From assembly GCA_963674595.2 (NCBI GenBank), contig CAXXFV010000003.1:160001-224000 (forward strand): a stretch of DNA of 64,000 nt. Direction: 5' to 3'. Shown one piece after another: positions 20,018 to 31,566 of this stretch (position 1 is the first letter of the stretch; every line of letters starts with the position of its first letter). The translations under genes were made by a program, and so were the position numbers. Below the pieces are notes generated by a model that ran no database searches, was not told the origin of the DNA, and saw only the letters and a program-made list of their open reading frames with translations. The DNA comes from a bacterium. Lineage in GTDB: Bacteria; Zhuqueibacterota; Zhuqueibacteria; Residuimicrobiales; Krinioviventaceae.

Positions 20018-21498
20018 ATGGTTAATATGCAAAACTATACACGAAGGTCATTTCTCAAATCTGTTGGTGCAGGATTGGCCGCAACGACTATAGGATTGTC
20101 ATCCTGTGCAAAAAGTAAAGAGCGGCCAAACGTCATTCTCATTATTGGTGACGACATAAGCTGGAACGATTTAGGGTGTTATGGTCACCCCAGTATCCGC
20201 ACACCCAATATCGACAAATTGGCGGCAAATGGTATTCGCTTTACAAATACGTTTTTAACCGCCAGTTCCTGCAGTCCCAGCCGCTGCAGTATCATAACCG
20301 GACGTTATCCGCACAATACCGGCGCGGCCGAACTTCATACACCTTTACCGGCAGACCAACTGCCGTTTCCCTTGTTGTTAAAAGAGAACGGATACTATTG
20401 TGCCCAGGGCGGCAAATGGCACATGGGAGAAGAAACAAAACGCGCTTTTGATATTGTTCGTGATACCAAACCGGAAAATGACCCCGGACGCGAAAGCGAG
20501 TGGCTGCCCTTATTACAAGGCCGCCCCAAGGACAAACCATTTTTTATGTGGTTTGCCAGTTTTGATGCCCATAGAACATGGGACGACCAGATTTTCCTGG
20601 AACGCCATAATCCGGCAGACGTGCCGGTACCAAAATATCTGGCAGATGCGCCCGATACCCGTCAGGACCTTTCCCATTATTATGATGAAATTGCGAGACT
20701 TGATTTTTACGTCGGTAAAGTTGAGGAAGAACTGGAAAAACAGGGTGTTGCAGATAATACCATTATTATTTTTATGGCAGACAACGGACGGCCCTTTCCC
20801 CGGTGTAAAACACGCGTATATGACAGCGGCATGAAAACACCGTTTATTATTAAATGGCCAAAAGGTATAAAAAACAAGGTGCTGCATGCCAAAGCATGAT
20901 CAGTTCCATTGATATTGCCCCAACCGTTCTTGAATTATGCGGCTGTCCTGTTGAGGATTCCTTCCAGGGTGGTAATTTTTCATCATTGTTTAAAAATCCT
21001 GAAAAACCATTTCGTCATTATGTATTTTCAGAACATAACTGGCACAATCATGAGGCCCTGGAACGAATGGTCAGGTCAAAAGATTATCTTTACGTTCTTA
21101 ATGAGCGCCCCCAGTTTCCCAACTGTGGTCCCACAGACTCTAATCGCAGTGATTCACAAAAGGACTTGAACGCACTTTTGGCTGCGGGTAATCTGACACC
21201 GGAACAAAACGATGTATTTTTAGCACCGCGCCCGGCTGAAGAATTGTTTGATTTAAATAAAGATCCCGAGCAATTTCAAAATATTGCTGATGATCCGAAT
21301 TATGCAGACGCCCTGAAGGAAATGCGTCAAATTATGGAACGCTGGCGCGATGAAACAGCCGACACAACACCCGAAAATCTGACATACGACTGGAATGCCC
21401 GTTTTACGGCGGAAAAACTGGATATTGAGCGAAAACGTGGTGAAATGCCGGGTGCGGCAAAATCAGCGGATAAAGTTAATGCCAAAGGTCCGTTTTAA
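20018..21498 (+). pseudogene. Sulfatase (S1 family, Tat-lipoprotein signal) split by a single-base deletion near 20870 (possibly an assembly error)
   Basis: RRSFLK Tat signal, CSPSR motif, GKWH; ORFs 20018-20899 and 20854-21498 join if the A6 run in GGTATAAAAAACAAGG is A7. Confidence 0.85.
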
Positions 21499-21533
21499 AA
21501 GCACTAAATATTTAAATAATTTTTGATACTATC

Positions 21534-21562
21534 GGTAGGGCCATGTTTTTAACGGCCCTACC
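21534..21562 (+). terminator. Hairpin after the sulfatase (terminator-like, GTAG-type REP-like)
   Basis: GGTAGGGCC-N11-GGCCCTACC; no U tail. Confidence 0.45.
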
Positions 21563-21635
21563 CATACCAGCCTCCCTTATCTTACTCTTATTCTCCATTA
21601 ATAAAGACACACGCTTCAATTAATCCTCATACAAG

Positions 21636-21762
21636 TTCAAACGACTATTGAATAAAACCGTCTTTTTAACCATTCAAAAAAAAAGCTTTGATTGCTTTAT
21701 TAAAAAAAATCACTTGCAAAATTCAAACAAAATTTTAAATTTTGTTTGAAACATTGTTTGAA
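21636..21762. promoter_or_regulatory. TetR (PsrA-like) operator array overlapping the promoter
   Basis: Three 17-bp TTCAAAC-N3-GTTTGAA-like sites (21636, 21722, 21746); perfect 14-bp-arm palindrome 21722-21750. Confidence 0.65.
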
Positions 21763-21810
21763 TTTTTGCGTACAAGTAATGTAAACACCATTATGATGGA
21801 GAAAAATACA

Positions 21811-22434
21811 ATGGATAATACAAAAACAAAAATACTGGAAGCAACGGAACGATTAATCGAAGAACATGGCTGGGACAAAGTCACCTTTCGAATGATCACA
21901 GCCGAAGCGGGCGTCAATCTCGCCGCCATCAACTATCATTTCGGATCTCGGGATGCACTCGAAGATGCATTGTTACCTCGCATTATCGGTCCATTGGATG
22001 AAAAAAGACTGGCACGCTTAAATGATGCTCAGGAAAAAGCAGCCCCCAATATTTTAGAACTTGCAGATATTATTCGTTGTTTTCTGGAACCTTTATTGGA
22101 ATATAGTTTAGAGTATCCCAATCATCACCGGATGGTGCTGGGTTTCTTTAACGGAATTAAAAATAAGAGCAAAATTAAAGAACATTTTAAAGGCAGTATT
22201 GATCAGGTTAATAAAAAATATATTGATGCACTCACAAAGACATTGCCGGGGATTTCGAAAGAAAAAATTTCCATCCAATATGTTTTATTGTTCGAATCAT
22301 CCCATATCATGTTGAACAGTGAAGCCTTTATCGGAATCACAGAATCGCTTGGGCTTTACATAACAAAAGAAAAATTCATGGAAGAAATGATCCGATTTTT
22401 TGTCACCGGATTTGGCATACTGACAAAAGAGTGA
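21811..22434 (+). CDS. TetR/AcrR family transcriptional regulator (PsrA-like)
   Basis: TKTKILEATERL...RMITAEAGVNLAAINYHFGS HTH; GGAG RBS before ATG 21811. Confidence 0.9.
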   Translation: MDNTKTKILEATERLIEEHGWDKVTFRMITAEAGVNLAAINYHFGSRDALEDALLPRIIGPLDEKRLARLNDAQEKAAPNILELADIIRCFLEPLLEYSLEYPNHHRMVLGFFNGIKNKSKIKEHFKGSIDQVNKKYIDALTKTLPGISKEKISIQYVLLFESSHIMLNSEAFIGITESLGLYITKEKFMEEMIRFFVTGFGILTKE

Positions 22435-22488
22435 CAATATCGGTTTTAATGCTCATTTTATATATAGATAGTACAAAGGAGTTATCAG

Positions 22489-23832
22489 ATGATAAAAAGA
22501 TTAACACCATTCCGGTTAATATTAATAATAATCATATCATTATCTCAAACAACAGTCGCACAAAATCGTGTGATAAAACTTGGTTGGGAAGACATTGTTC
22601 AAAAAAGTTTGAATGACAACCTTGGATTAAAAACAACAGCGCTGGATTACAAATCACAAAAACTGACCAAATGGCAGGCAGTCAGCGACTTTTTACCGAC
22701 TGTAAGTTATAACGGTACCGGGACACAAAATCTGGAACTGGCTACAATGGCAATTATGGGACAAAAGATTCAAATAGGTACAGAGTACAATTTCCAGCAC
22801 TCTCTGCAATTAACATATCCTGTTTTTACCGGATTTTCCCGTATTGCCAACTTGAAAATGCAAAATAGTCTGGAAAAATCACTAAAAGCCGAGTTGGAAG
22901 GTAAAGAAGATGAAACCATATTGACCGCACTACAGGCTTATTTCCAAATCATGTTATCCAGTAAACTGATAGACGTGAATGAAGAAGCAGTCAAAGCAGC
23001 GCAGGCAAACCTGAAACAGGTACAGAATTTTTATCAGGTTGGGGCGGCATCGGAGCTCGATTTAAAACGGGCAGAGGCACAATATTCCTCCACCCTGCCA
23101 TCATTGGAATCAGCAAAAAATCAATTGATCTCATCGAAAAATCAGATGAAATATATTTTAAATCTATCATTAAATGATTCGCTGGTTGTATTGGATTCAC
23201 TGGAATCAAAACAGTTTATAGGAAGTTATGCAAATGCACCTCTGGTTCAGCTTAAAGCATTGGCTGTTGCAAATCGACCGGAGTTAAAACAGGTAAACTA
23301 TCAGGTCGATGCGATTAAAAACCAAAAAACAATGGCGTTGTCAAGCTCGCTCCCGACAATTTCCTTTACAGCCGATATATCACATAATGCAATGACAGAA
23401 ACGTCCAAAGTATTAAGAGATGATTACAACCGTTCAAAATCCATTAATCTAAATGTTCAATGGCCTTTGTTTCAGGGAGGTAAAACAGCGCTGGAATATC
23501 AAAAAGCAAAAGTCCAGGTTAAACAAATGGAATACGTAAAACAACAAACAAACGACCAGATTTTAATACAAGTAGAACAATATTACTATTCATTAAAGGA
23601 ATCAATTAAAAATCTAAGCAGCTTAAAAGCCTCACTGGATCAGGCTAAAGAAGCGTTGCGTCTTTCTAGCCTGATGTATAAAGAAGGTATGAGCACTCAG
23701 GTGGATATACTGGATACACAATTACAATACACACAAAGCAATATTAATTTTCAACAAGGCATATATGACTATAATACAAGTCAACTCAATTTATTAAAAT
23801 CGATCGGAAAAATTAACACCATAATAAATTAG
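22489..23832 (+). CDS. TolC family outer-membrane efflux protein
   Basis: Signal peptide, two OEP repeats (AYFQI...; YKEGMSTQVDILD). Confidence 0.88.
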   Translation: MIKRLTPFRLILIIIISLSQTTVAQNRVIKLGWEDIVQKSLNDNLGLKTTALDYKSQKLTKWQAVSDFLPTVSYNGTGTQNLELATMAIMGQKIQIGTEYNFQHSLQLTYPVFTGFSRIANLKMQNSLEKSLKAELEGKEDETILTALQAYFQIMLSSKLIDVNEEAVKAAQANLKQVQNFYQVGAASELDLKRAEAQYSSTLPSLESAKNQLISSKNQMKYILNLSLNDSLVVLDSLESKQFIGSYANAPLVQLKALAVANRPELKQVNYQVDAIKNQKTMALSSSLPTISFTADISHNAMTETSKVLRDDYNRSKSINLNVQWPLFQGGKTALEYQKAKVQVKQMEYVKQQTNDQILIQVEQYYYSLKESIKNLSSLKASLDQAKEALRLSSLMYKEGMSTQVDILDTQLQYTQSNINFQQGIYDYNTSQLNLLKSIGKINTIIN

Positions 23833-23848
23833 GAAACAGGAGTCTCTA

Positions 23849-24950
23849 ATGAAAAAATTAGTTCTGATTATGATGTCACTTTCGTTACTTGCCGGATGCA
23901 AACCACCGCAAAAAGGATCAACAGACACATCTGTGCCGGTAACTGTCTTATAATATTAAACCTGAAAATATTTCAACCTATATTAAATTAACCGGCGGTA
24001 TAGAGGCGGAAGAAGACGCCATCGTATACAGTAAAGTAAGCGAAAAACTGGATAATATTATGGTCAAGCTGGGTGAGACGGTACAAACGGATCAAATTCT
24101 GGCTTTACAATATAATAAAAGTTTAAAAGAAAGTGTTAACCAGGCAACAGCATCACTTTCGAACGCTCAGTCACAATATGATATGACAAAAACAGATTTT
24201 GAAAGAATGGAACGTTTGAATAAAAACAAAGCGATCAGCCAGCAGCAATTTGATCAATCAAAAGCACAATTTAAAGCGGCAAAGTCCACCCTGGACCAGG
24301 CCAAAGCGACTTTAAAATTAATGCAGGAACAATATGAAAACAGTTTAATCAAAGCGCCCTTTAGCGGCAAAGTAGCGATTATTTATTATGATAAAGATCA
24401 AATGGTTCAGTCAGGACAGCCAGTTTTTAAAATTGTAAACGCCAAAAATATTAAAGCCAAACTCGCTCTCCCTGAAGTAGATATTTCTCGCGTTGCTGTT
24501 GGACAACGTGTTTTTGTGACATTCCCTGCCCTGGCAGACACCCAATTTACAGGAGTTGTTTATCGTGTCGATGAAGCGATTGACCCTGATACACGCACCC
24601 TGGAAATTAAAGTGCGAATGGACAATCCAAACGGTATGCTGAAATCCGGTCAATTCGGACAATTTATGATCGAAATCCAGCGTCACGAACAGACTCTGGT
24701 TATAACGGACAATGCCGTGATGACCCAAACAGAAGTTGAAGTAACAGATGAAGGTGAACAAAAAGAAATAAAACGGTATTATATCTATCTCGTAAAAAAC
24801 GGCAAAGCTGAAAAACAATTTGTAAAGCCGGGACTGTATTCCAAGGGAAGAATGGAATTGATTGAAGGAACAAGTGCCGGGGACAGCCTGATCGTCATGG
24901 GACAGAACATTGTCAAGGATGGAAATCCTGTTCGCGTTGTCAACAAGTAG
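23849..24950 (+). pseudogene. RND efflux membrane fusion protein (lipoprotein) with a +1 frameshift near 23948 (possibly an assembly error)
   Basis: AGGAG RBS, MKKLVLIMMSLSLLAGC lipobox; removing one T from GTCTTATAAT joins it to IKLTGGIEAEE...IKAPFSG...LKSGQF. Confidence 0.85.
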
Positions 24951-24961
24951 GAGTAAATAAT

Positions 24962-27900
24962 ATGAAATTGACCAAATTTTCAATAAAAAGAAACGTAACA
25001 TTAATGATGGTTTACTTGATCGTCATTGGTTTCGGCATTTTTTCTCTAACCCAGCTCAAGGTTGAATTTACACCCGACCTCGAATTCCCGATGATTATGG
25101 TATACACCAGTTACAGTGGTGTCAGCCCAGAAGATATGGAAAATTTAGTAACCCGCCCTATTGAAGAGGGTATATCCTCTACTGAAAATGCGGAAGATAT
25201 TACATCCCAGTCTTCGGAAGGGACATCTCTCGTAACTTTGGAATTTTCCTGGGGTACGGACATGGATCAGGCAGAAATTGACGTACGAAACAACCTGGAC
25301 CTGATTCGTGATAATTTGCCGGATGATGCCAGTGAACCTATGGTTATAGCATTAAATCCGTCAATGATGCCGGTTATGTATTTAACACTAAACTCCCCAA
25401 ATCTTGGGCCGGCAGAGTTACGCCGCCTGGCCGAAGACGATGTAGAGCCGTTACTGGAACGTGTTGAAGGCGTGGCATCCGTCAGTACATCCGGCGGATT
25501 AACCCGGCAAATTAATGTAAAGCTGGATCCTGTGCTATTAGCATCTTATAATTTATCACCTGAAGATGTTGCGACGGCCATCCAGACAAGTGCGGGATTA
25601 AGCCCGGCCGGAAATATAAAAACAAAGACGAAACAATACAATTTACGAGTCTACAGCGAATATCGATCCATAGATCAAATAGAAAATGTGGTTATAAAAC
25701 GCGTGGAAACCGGCCCGGTCCTCGTTAAAAACGTGGCACAGGTGGAAGACGGGTTTGAAGAATTAACAGCAGACGTGCGTATTAACAGCGGCCAGGGAGT
25801 AGCGATATTAGCAACTAAACAGTCTGATGCCAATACAGTGCAAACAGTAAAAAACATTTACAATATGTTGCCTAAAATTGAAAAATCGCTCCCGGCAGGC
25901 ACAGAATTTAACGTCATTTTTGATACCGCTGAATTCACACAACGATCGATCAATAATTTAAGCAACACAGCTCTTTTTTCATTACTTTTGGCAATTGCAG
26001 TCATCTATTTTTTCTTAAGAAACTGGCGCGGCAGCCTGATAATGGCCGTATCAATGCCGATTTCGATTATCTTTACATTTGGCGTACTAATGGTAGCGGA
26101 TTTGACATTGAACATTATCTCTATGGCGGGACTCGCACTGGCAATTGGTATGCTCGTTGATAATTCGATCGTTGTTTTGGAAAACATTTTTCGATATCGT
26201 GATGAGGGGACGGATGCCATCACATCGGCTGATAAAGGCGCATCAGAAGTCGGCATGGCGATTACAGCTTCAACGCTGACAACCATCGCCGTATTTTTGC
26301 CGGTGTTATTCGTTCCCGGCATCACAGGACAGCTTTTTAAAGATATGGTGCTTACGATAACGTTCAGTCTGGCCGTATCATTGCTAGTAGCACTCACCCT
26401 GGTCCCGATGATGTCATCGAAACTGCTTAAAATGAGAAAGCAAAAAGAAAGTCCCCAAAAAATGGACAAAATTTTTGACCAATTTTTTGATAAATTAACA
26501 AGTGGTTATCAAAAAGTACTTCATTGGTCACTTTATCACAAAAAAATAATTCTGGTAAGCGTGGTGGTTCTTTTTATACTCTCACTCTTTTTAATGCCGT
26601 TTATCGGCGGCGAATTTATGCCCAGTTCTGATGAATCATCCATCCAGTTAACAATTGAGGCAGCAGCAGGTATTCCCTTGACAACACTTCGTCAGACAAC
26701 AATTACTTGTGAAAATATCATAAATAATGAAATCCCGGAAATGCAAAGTGCACTCTTTCAATTCGGAAGTCAGGATTCCTGGAGTCCCGATGGTACGTCC
26801 GGCAGTACGATCAGTGCAACGATTAAACTTGTTCCAGTAGAAGAGCGTAAACGCTCACAATTCGAAATACAAAATGCACTTCGTATACGTCTGGATGATA
26901 TTCCGGGCATCACCTATAGCATGCAAAGTTCAGGCGGCGGCCCCATGGCTAGCGGTGAAAATGATATCGAAATAAAAATTATAGGACACGATCTGGATGT
27001 AGCACAATCCATTGCTGAAAAAATCAAAGCGAAAATGCAGACAATTCAGGGAATGGTTGACGTTCAAATTAATATGAAAGAAAAAACACCGCAACTTGCT
27101 GTCCATCTAAAACAAAACGTAATGAATGATTATGGTCTGAGCAGTATACAATTAGCAAGCATCGTCTCTACAGCTATGCAAGGTCGTACAGCCGCTCAAT
27201 ATCGTGAAGAAGGAGATGAATACGATATTTACGTACAACTGGACAAAAAATTCCGAAACGATCGCGAAGCCCTGGGTGACTTGATCATTCCGGTTAATAA
27301 CACCAGTTCTGTCCCGTTAAAACAATTAGGGACTATAGAAGAAACGCTGTCTCCGCAAACTATTTACCGTGAAAACCAGGAACGGTATGTCACAGTAGGT
27401 TGTAATTTATTCGGCAAGGACCTTACAAGTGCCACAGCCGAAGTTGAAAATATATTATCAGAAATCGCCATTCCTTCTGAATTTACTGTACTGTTAGGCG
27501 GCAATGCCGAAGACCAGCAGGAATCCTTCTTTTACCTGATGCTTGCCTTTATTATCGCCGTTCTGCTGGTTTATATGGTCATGGCTTCGCAGTTTGAGTC
27601 ACTCGTCGATCCTTTTATTATTATGTTTACCGTGCCATTATCAATTATCGGTGTATTGGGTTTTCTGTTTATAACCAACACCTCATTAAGCGTGATGGCG
27701 CTTGTAGGTGTCGTCATGCTGGTTGGAATTGCGGTAAACAACGGTATTGTACTAGTGGACTATATTAACCAGTTGCGGGAACGCGGGAAATCCCTGTATG
27801 AAGCGGCTGAAAGTGGTGGCGTCACCCGAATGCGTCCGGTATTAATGACAGCGCTTACAACAATTTTTGGTATGCTGCCATTGGCACTACAATTTGGTTC

Positions 27901-28054
27901 CGGTTCGGAGACATGGATGCCGTTGGCCCGGACTGTAATCGGCGGTCTGACAATGGCGACACTTTTAACACTGATTGTCATTCCGGTTCTCTACATAATT
28001 TTCGAAGAAATGAGTGGAAAAATTAAACGGAAATTTAAAAACCACAACAATTAA
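24962..28054 (+). CDS. RND efflux transporter permease (AcrB/AcrD/AcrF family)
   Basis: 1030 aa, AIGMLVDNSIVVLENI, GIAVNNGIVLVDY, RMRPVLMT motifs. Confidence 0.95.
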   Translation: MKLTKFSIKRNVTLMMVYLIVIGFGIFSLTQLKVEFTPDLEFPMIMVYTSYSGVSPEDMENLVTRPIEEGISSTENAEDITSQSSEGTSLVTLEFSWGTDMDQAEIDVRNNLDLIRDNLPDDASEPMVIALNPSMMPVMYLTLNSPNLGPAELRRLAEDDVEPLLERVEGVASVSTSGGLTRQINVKLDPVLLASYNLSPEDVATAIQTSAGLSPAGNIKTKTKQYNLRVYSEYRSIDQIENVVIKRVETGPVLVKNVAQVEDGFEELTADVRINSGQGVAILATKQSDANTVQTVKNIYNMLPKIEKSLPAGTEFNVIFDTAEFTQRSINNLSNTALFSLLLAIAVIYFFLRNWRGSLIMAVSMPISIIFTFGVLMVADLTLNIISMAGLALAIGMLVDNSIVVLENIFRYRDEGTDAITSADKGASEVGMAITASTLTTIAVFLPVLFVPGITGQLFKDMVLTITFSLAVSLLVALTLVPMMSSKLLKMRKQKESPQKMDKIFDQFFDKLTSGYQKVLHWSLYHKKIILVSVVVLFILSLFLMPFIGGEFMPSSDESSIQLTIEAAAGIPLTTLRQTTITCENIINNEIPEMQSALFQFGSQDSWSPDGTSGSTISATIKLVPVEERKRSQFEIQNALRIRLDDIPGITYSMQSSGGGPMASGENDIEIKIIGHDLDVAQSIAEKIKAKMQTIQGMVDVQINMKEKTPQLAVHLKQNVMNDYGLSSIQLASIVSTAMQGRTAAQYREEGDEYDIYVQLDKKFRNDREALGDLIIPVNNTSSVPLKQLGTIEETLSPQTIYRENQERYVTVGCNLFGKDLTSATAEVENILSEIAIPSEFTVLLGGNAEDQQESFFYLMLAFIIAVLLVYMVMASQFESLVDPFIIMFTVPLSIIGVLGFLFITNTSLSVMALVGVVMLVGIAVNNGIVLVDYINQLRERGKSLYEAAESGGVTRMRPVLMTALTTIFGMLPLALQFGSGSETWMPLARTVIGGLTMATLLTLIVIPVLYIIFEEMSGKIKRKFKNHNN

Positions 28055-28089
28055 ACACTTATTAAAAACAAGGAGTTGTTATTCTGTTG

Positions 28090-28129
28090 CAGGTTTTAAG
28101 GTTTGCGCTACCGTAAACCTTAGAACCTG
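28090..28129 (+). other. Intergenic 18-bp stem-loop between RND and MATE genes
   Basis: CAGGTTTTAAGGTTTGCG / CGTAAACCTTAGAACCTG, two G-U pairs on the + strand. Confidence 0.5.
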
Positions 28130-28158
28130 TTCATGATTAATTGATAACGATTGATTTT

Positions 28159-29566
28159 ATGGATATAAAAAAAATTCATCTTTTAGAAAACGTACCGGTG
28201 CACAAAGCATTGATGACGCTGGCGACGCCGACAATTATCGGTATGATCGTCCAAATATTTTACAATCTTACTGATATATTTTTTGTAGGAAAACTCAATG
28301 ATCCCTACCAGGTAGCGGCTGTAGCCATTGCCAATCCTTTTTTTATGATGCTGCTGGCCACCAGTGGTATTTCTTGGGCATGGTGGTGCATCGTTTCTTT
28401 CACGACTGTTGGGACAAAAAGACTATAATCTTGCCAAACGAACAAATGCTACAGCATTCTATTCCTGCATTATTGTCAGCATAGCGGTAACAGGGGCCAG
28501 TCTTGCTTTCCTGCCGCAAATCATACAAATTTCCGGAGGCACAGAACAAACACATGGTTTTGCCGCATCTTATCTTCGTATAATTATTCTCGGCAGCAGT
28601 CTCATTATGCTCAACTTCACGGCCAGCCAACTCATTCGATCCGAGGGCGCAGCCAAAGAATCGATGATGGGCATGGTGATTGGAACCGGGCTAAACATTA
28701 TACTGGACCCCATTTTTATATTATGGCTCGATCAGGGCGTAGCCGGGGCAGCCATAGCTACTGTTATCGGCAACTGTGCCGGACTTGCATATTATATTTC
28801 CTATTATATAAGAGGCAAAAGCCTGGCATCCATTCACATCCGCTATTTTTCACTACAGCGGCGGATTTATAAAGAAATTATCTCGGTCGGAATGCCGGGT
28901 TCAATCAGTCAAATTATGATGAGCCTGTCACAGGCTTTGGCGCTCAAGATTGCCGGAACTTATGGAGATATTGCAGTAGCAGCCATCGGTATTGTAATGC
29001 GTGTTATCACAGTACCGTTTATGCTAAACATTGCAATTGCTATCGGCGCCCAGCCATTAATCGGCTACAATCATGGTGCAAATAATTATGAACGTTTAAA
29101 ATCTTCTGTTAAAATTTCAGGAACAGTTGCCACCAGTATTTCCATTTTATTTACAATATTGTTTTTTATGTTCCCGCGCATTTTTATAAGTATTTTTATT
29201 AATGATACGCGTGTAATCGACATGGGAATAACTGTTTTATATGCATTTGCTCTTTGTATTCCCACAGTCGGCATTCAAATGGTCTTTATGAGCGCCATGC
29301 AGGCCATGGGCAAAGGCTTACCAGCGCTAATTATTGCATTCTGCCGTCAGGGATTTATTTATCTACCGGCCATTTTCATTCTAAATGCTATATTCGGATT
29401 TTCCGGGTTTATTTTCGCACAGGCTGTGGCAGACGCGGTTTCTTTACTTTTATCGATTGCGTTCTTTACAAATGTGATTTCAAATTTTAAAAAACAGGCT
29501 GAATTAAGCGATGAAATAGATCAAATACAATTGAATCCTTCCCCGGTAGCAATTGAAATATTTTAA
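28159..29566 (+). pseudogene. MATE family efflux transporter (MepA-like) with a +1 frameshift near 28371 (possibly an assembly error)
   Basis: LATPTIIGMIVQIFYNLTDIFFVG; NIILDPIFI..GVAGAAIAT; removing one T from GGTATTTCTTGGG joins the two ORFs. Confidence 0.85.
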
Positions 29567-29638
29567 TTAAATCTTATTCTCAAATAAAAGTGGTTTGAAA
29601 AATTTAAAAAAATCAAAACCCGACTGGAAACAAGAGAA

Positions 29639-29682
29639 AAACACGCCGGCAGCATTTATAATGCCCGGCGTGTTTCTGTTTT
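29639..29682 (+). terminator. Rho-independent terminator after the efflux cluster
   Basis: AAACACGCCGG...CCGGCGTGTTT followed by CTGTTTT. Confidence 0.7.
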
Positions 29683-29930
29683 TAAAAAGTCAGTAAGAGT
29701 AAAAACTTTACCCTTATGAATCCGAGTATATAATTTCATTTTTAAGAACGTTAAAATTTTTATTGCTGAATTTTAATTTTATTTTATATTATATAGATTT
29801 TTCAAAATCCATGAATATAGCTTTCAATTGATAATTTTTAAAGTAACAAAAAACATATCAAACCCAGACGTGCTCTGTTTATGACATTAAAAAGCCGCAT
29901 GTAAAAGAACCTTCCTTTAAAAGAAAAAGT

Positions 29931-30737
29931 ATGATCAATGTTGAATACTATAAACCGAGTGATTCGGTCAAATGGCTCATAAAGCAATTTGAAATTATTA
30001 AAATCAGCAAAAATACCGTTTATACCGATAATTTTATCCCCCGCCCCGATGTAGCCCTGGTATTTCATTTTCAAAATATTCCTCAAATTATTAATTCTGA
30101 AAATATCTCTCTGCCGCCAATTTTTTTGGCCCCTGTCGTTTCAAAAACAAACCATTTATACATCAATGGTGAATTGGACAGTTTTATTGTTGTTTGTAAA
30201 GCTTCTGTTTTTTCAAGACTTTTCAAACTGGACTTGACGCCCGGCGCCAAAATGTTTTTTGATTTGACCTGTACAGATTTTTATAAAGTATGGGAAAATC
30301 TGCAAGATTGTCATTCAGACGCTGAAAAAACAGAGTATTTCAGTCGTTTTGTTCAGGAATGTGCTCCTGACGGATATTCTCCGGATAATATCGATATTCT
30401 TTATGATATTATTATTGCCGACCATTTTAACACATCAACAGCAAATTTCACCCAAAATTCAATTCGATCAGTGAGCAGTTTACAGCGTAATTTCAAAAAA
30501 CGAGTCGGCGTAAATATGAAAACATTAATGCGTGTTTCCAGGACCAGTTTTATTTTTGACAAAATGATCGAACAGAACACGTTCAACTATCAGGATTTAT
30601 TGTTTGAAGGTAACTATTACGATCAGGCCCATTTTATTAAAGACTTTAAAGAATTTACCGGTAAAACACCAAAACAATTTTTCCATAACAATTCTGATAT
30701 ATGCAAAATAATCTCAGGTAAACAGAAAATAAATTAA
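29931..30737 (+). CDS. AraC family regulator (DUF6597-type N-terminus)
   Basis: YYKPSDSVKWLI N-terminus, LQRNFKKRVG, YYDQAHFIKDFKEFTGKTP. Confidence 0.85.
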   Translation: MINVEYYKPSDSVKWLIKQFEIIKISKNTVYTDNFIPRPDVALVFHFQNIPQIINSENISLPPIFLAPVVSKTNHLYINGELDSFIVVCKASVFSRLFKLDLTPGAKMFFDLTCTDFYKVWENLQDCHSDAEKTEYFSRFVQECAPDGYSPDNIDILYDIIIADHFNTSTANFTQNSIRSVSSLQRNFKKRVGVNMKTLMRVSRTSFIFDKMIEQNTFNYQDLLFEGNYYDQAHFIKDFKEFTGKTPKQFFHNNSDICKIISGKQKIN

Positions 30738-30918
30738 ATATCACCATTTGTTGATAATTAAACCATTTTTAAAATCCCTCCTTTTCTACACTTTTAAAAA
30801 TCGAATAAATTTATCCCAAAATCTGAAAAATGCTTTTTTTTTACAATTATTCCAGAATTTAAATACGTAATTTTACCTCAAATATAAAATTATCAAGGAC
30901 CTTAACTTGGGTAAAAAT

Positions 30919-31566
30919 ATGAAAAAGATATTTTTAATCGGCCTGGCTTTAACAATAAGCCTTTCAGCATGTAACAAACCAAAACAAGCAGACAATCAAA
31001 AAGAAATACAAGCACTTACAAAAGAGATAAAAAAACTTTCGGAGCCAAAACCAACAGACAAAAAATATTTCGCAATCGAATCGGCCTATGTCAAATATAA
31101 AAATCTTGCTGCCGGACAGGAACTGACCAGAGAATGGTGGTTTGACCAATATGGTAAAAGACAGTACGAAGAAAACTATATGATTTTCATGGACCAAAAA
31201 ACAGGCGGCAAAACAATCATTCTCGAAGGCTATCAATATCAATGGGATTATGATTCAAAAGAAGGCACCAAAAGAAAATTTTATCAATCCGTAACCGATT
31301 ATGATAAAGTGTCCGAAAATGACATTAAACGCTATGGTATAACAAAACAGGGATATGAAAATATTTTGGGAAAATCCTGCCTCAAAGTTTCTATTGAAAA
31401 ACCGGCCAAATCAACAGTCTGGACATGGAACAACATTCCCATGAAAACCGAAGCAGTTTTTGCCGGCAACAAGGTCGTTATGGAAGCTGTTGAAATTAAG
31501 ACAGAAAACATTGATAAAACTCTTTTTAATTTACCTTCAGATGTGACTTTTTTGGAGGCCAATTAA
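30919..31566 (+). CDS. Hypothetical lipoprotein
   Basis: MKKIFLIGLALTISLSAC lipobox; ENILGKSC...WTW...LFNLP resembles DUF4412-like folds. Confidence 0.75.
   Translation: MKKIFLIGLALTISLSACNKPKQADNQKEIQALTKEIKKLSEPKPTDKKYFAIESAYVKYKNLAAGQELTREWWFDQYGKRQYEENYMIFMDQKTGGKTIILEGYQYQWDYDSKEGTKRKFYQSVTDYDKVSENDIKRYGITKQGYENILGKSCLKVSIEKPAKSTVWTWNNIPMKTEAVFAGNKVVMEAVEIKTENIDKTLFNLPSDVTFLEAN

Noticed and set aside
21742-21810. Upstream extension of the TetR ORF
   Set aside because: It overlaps the operator/promoter; the GGAG RBS supports ATG 21811
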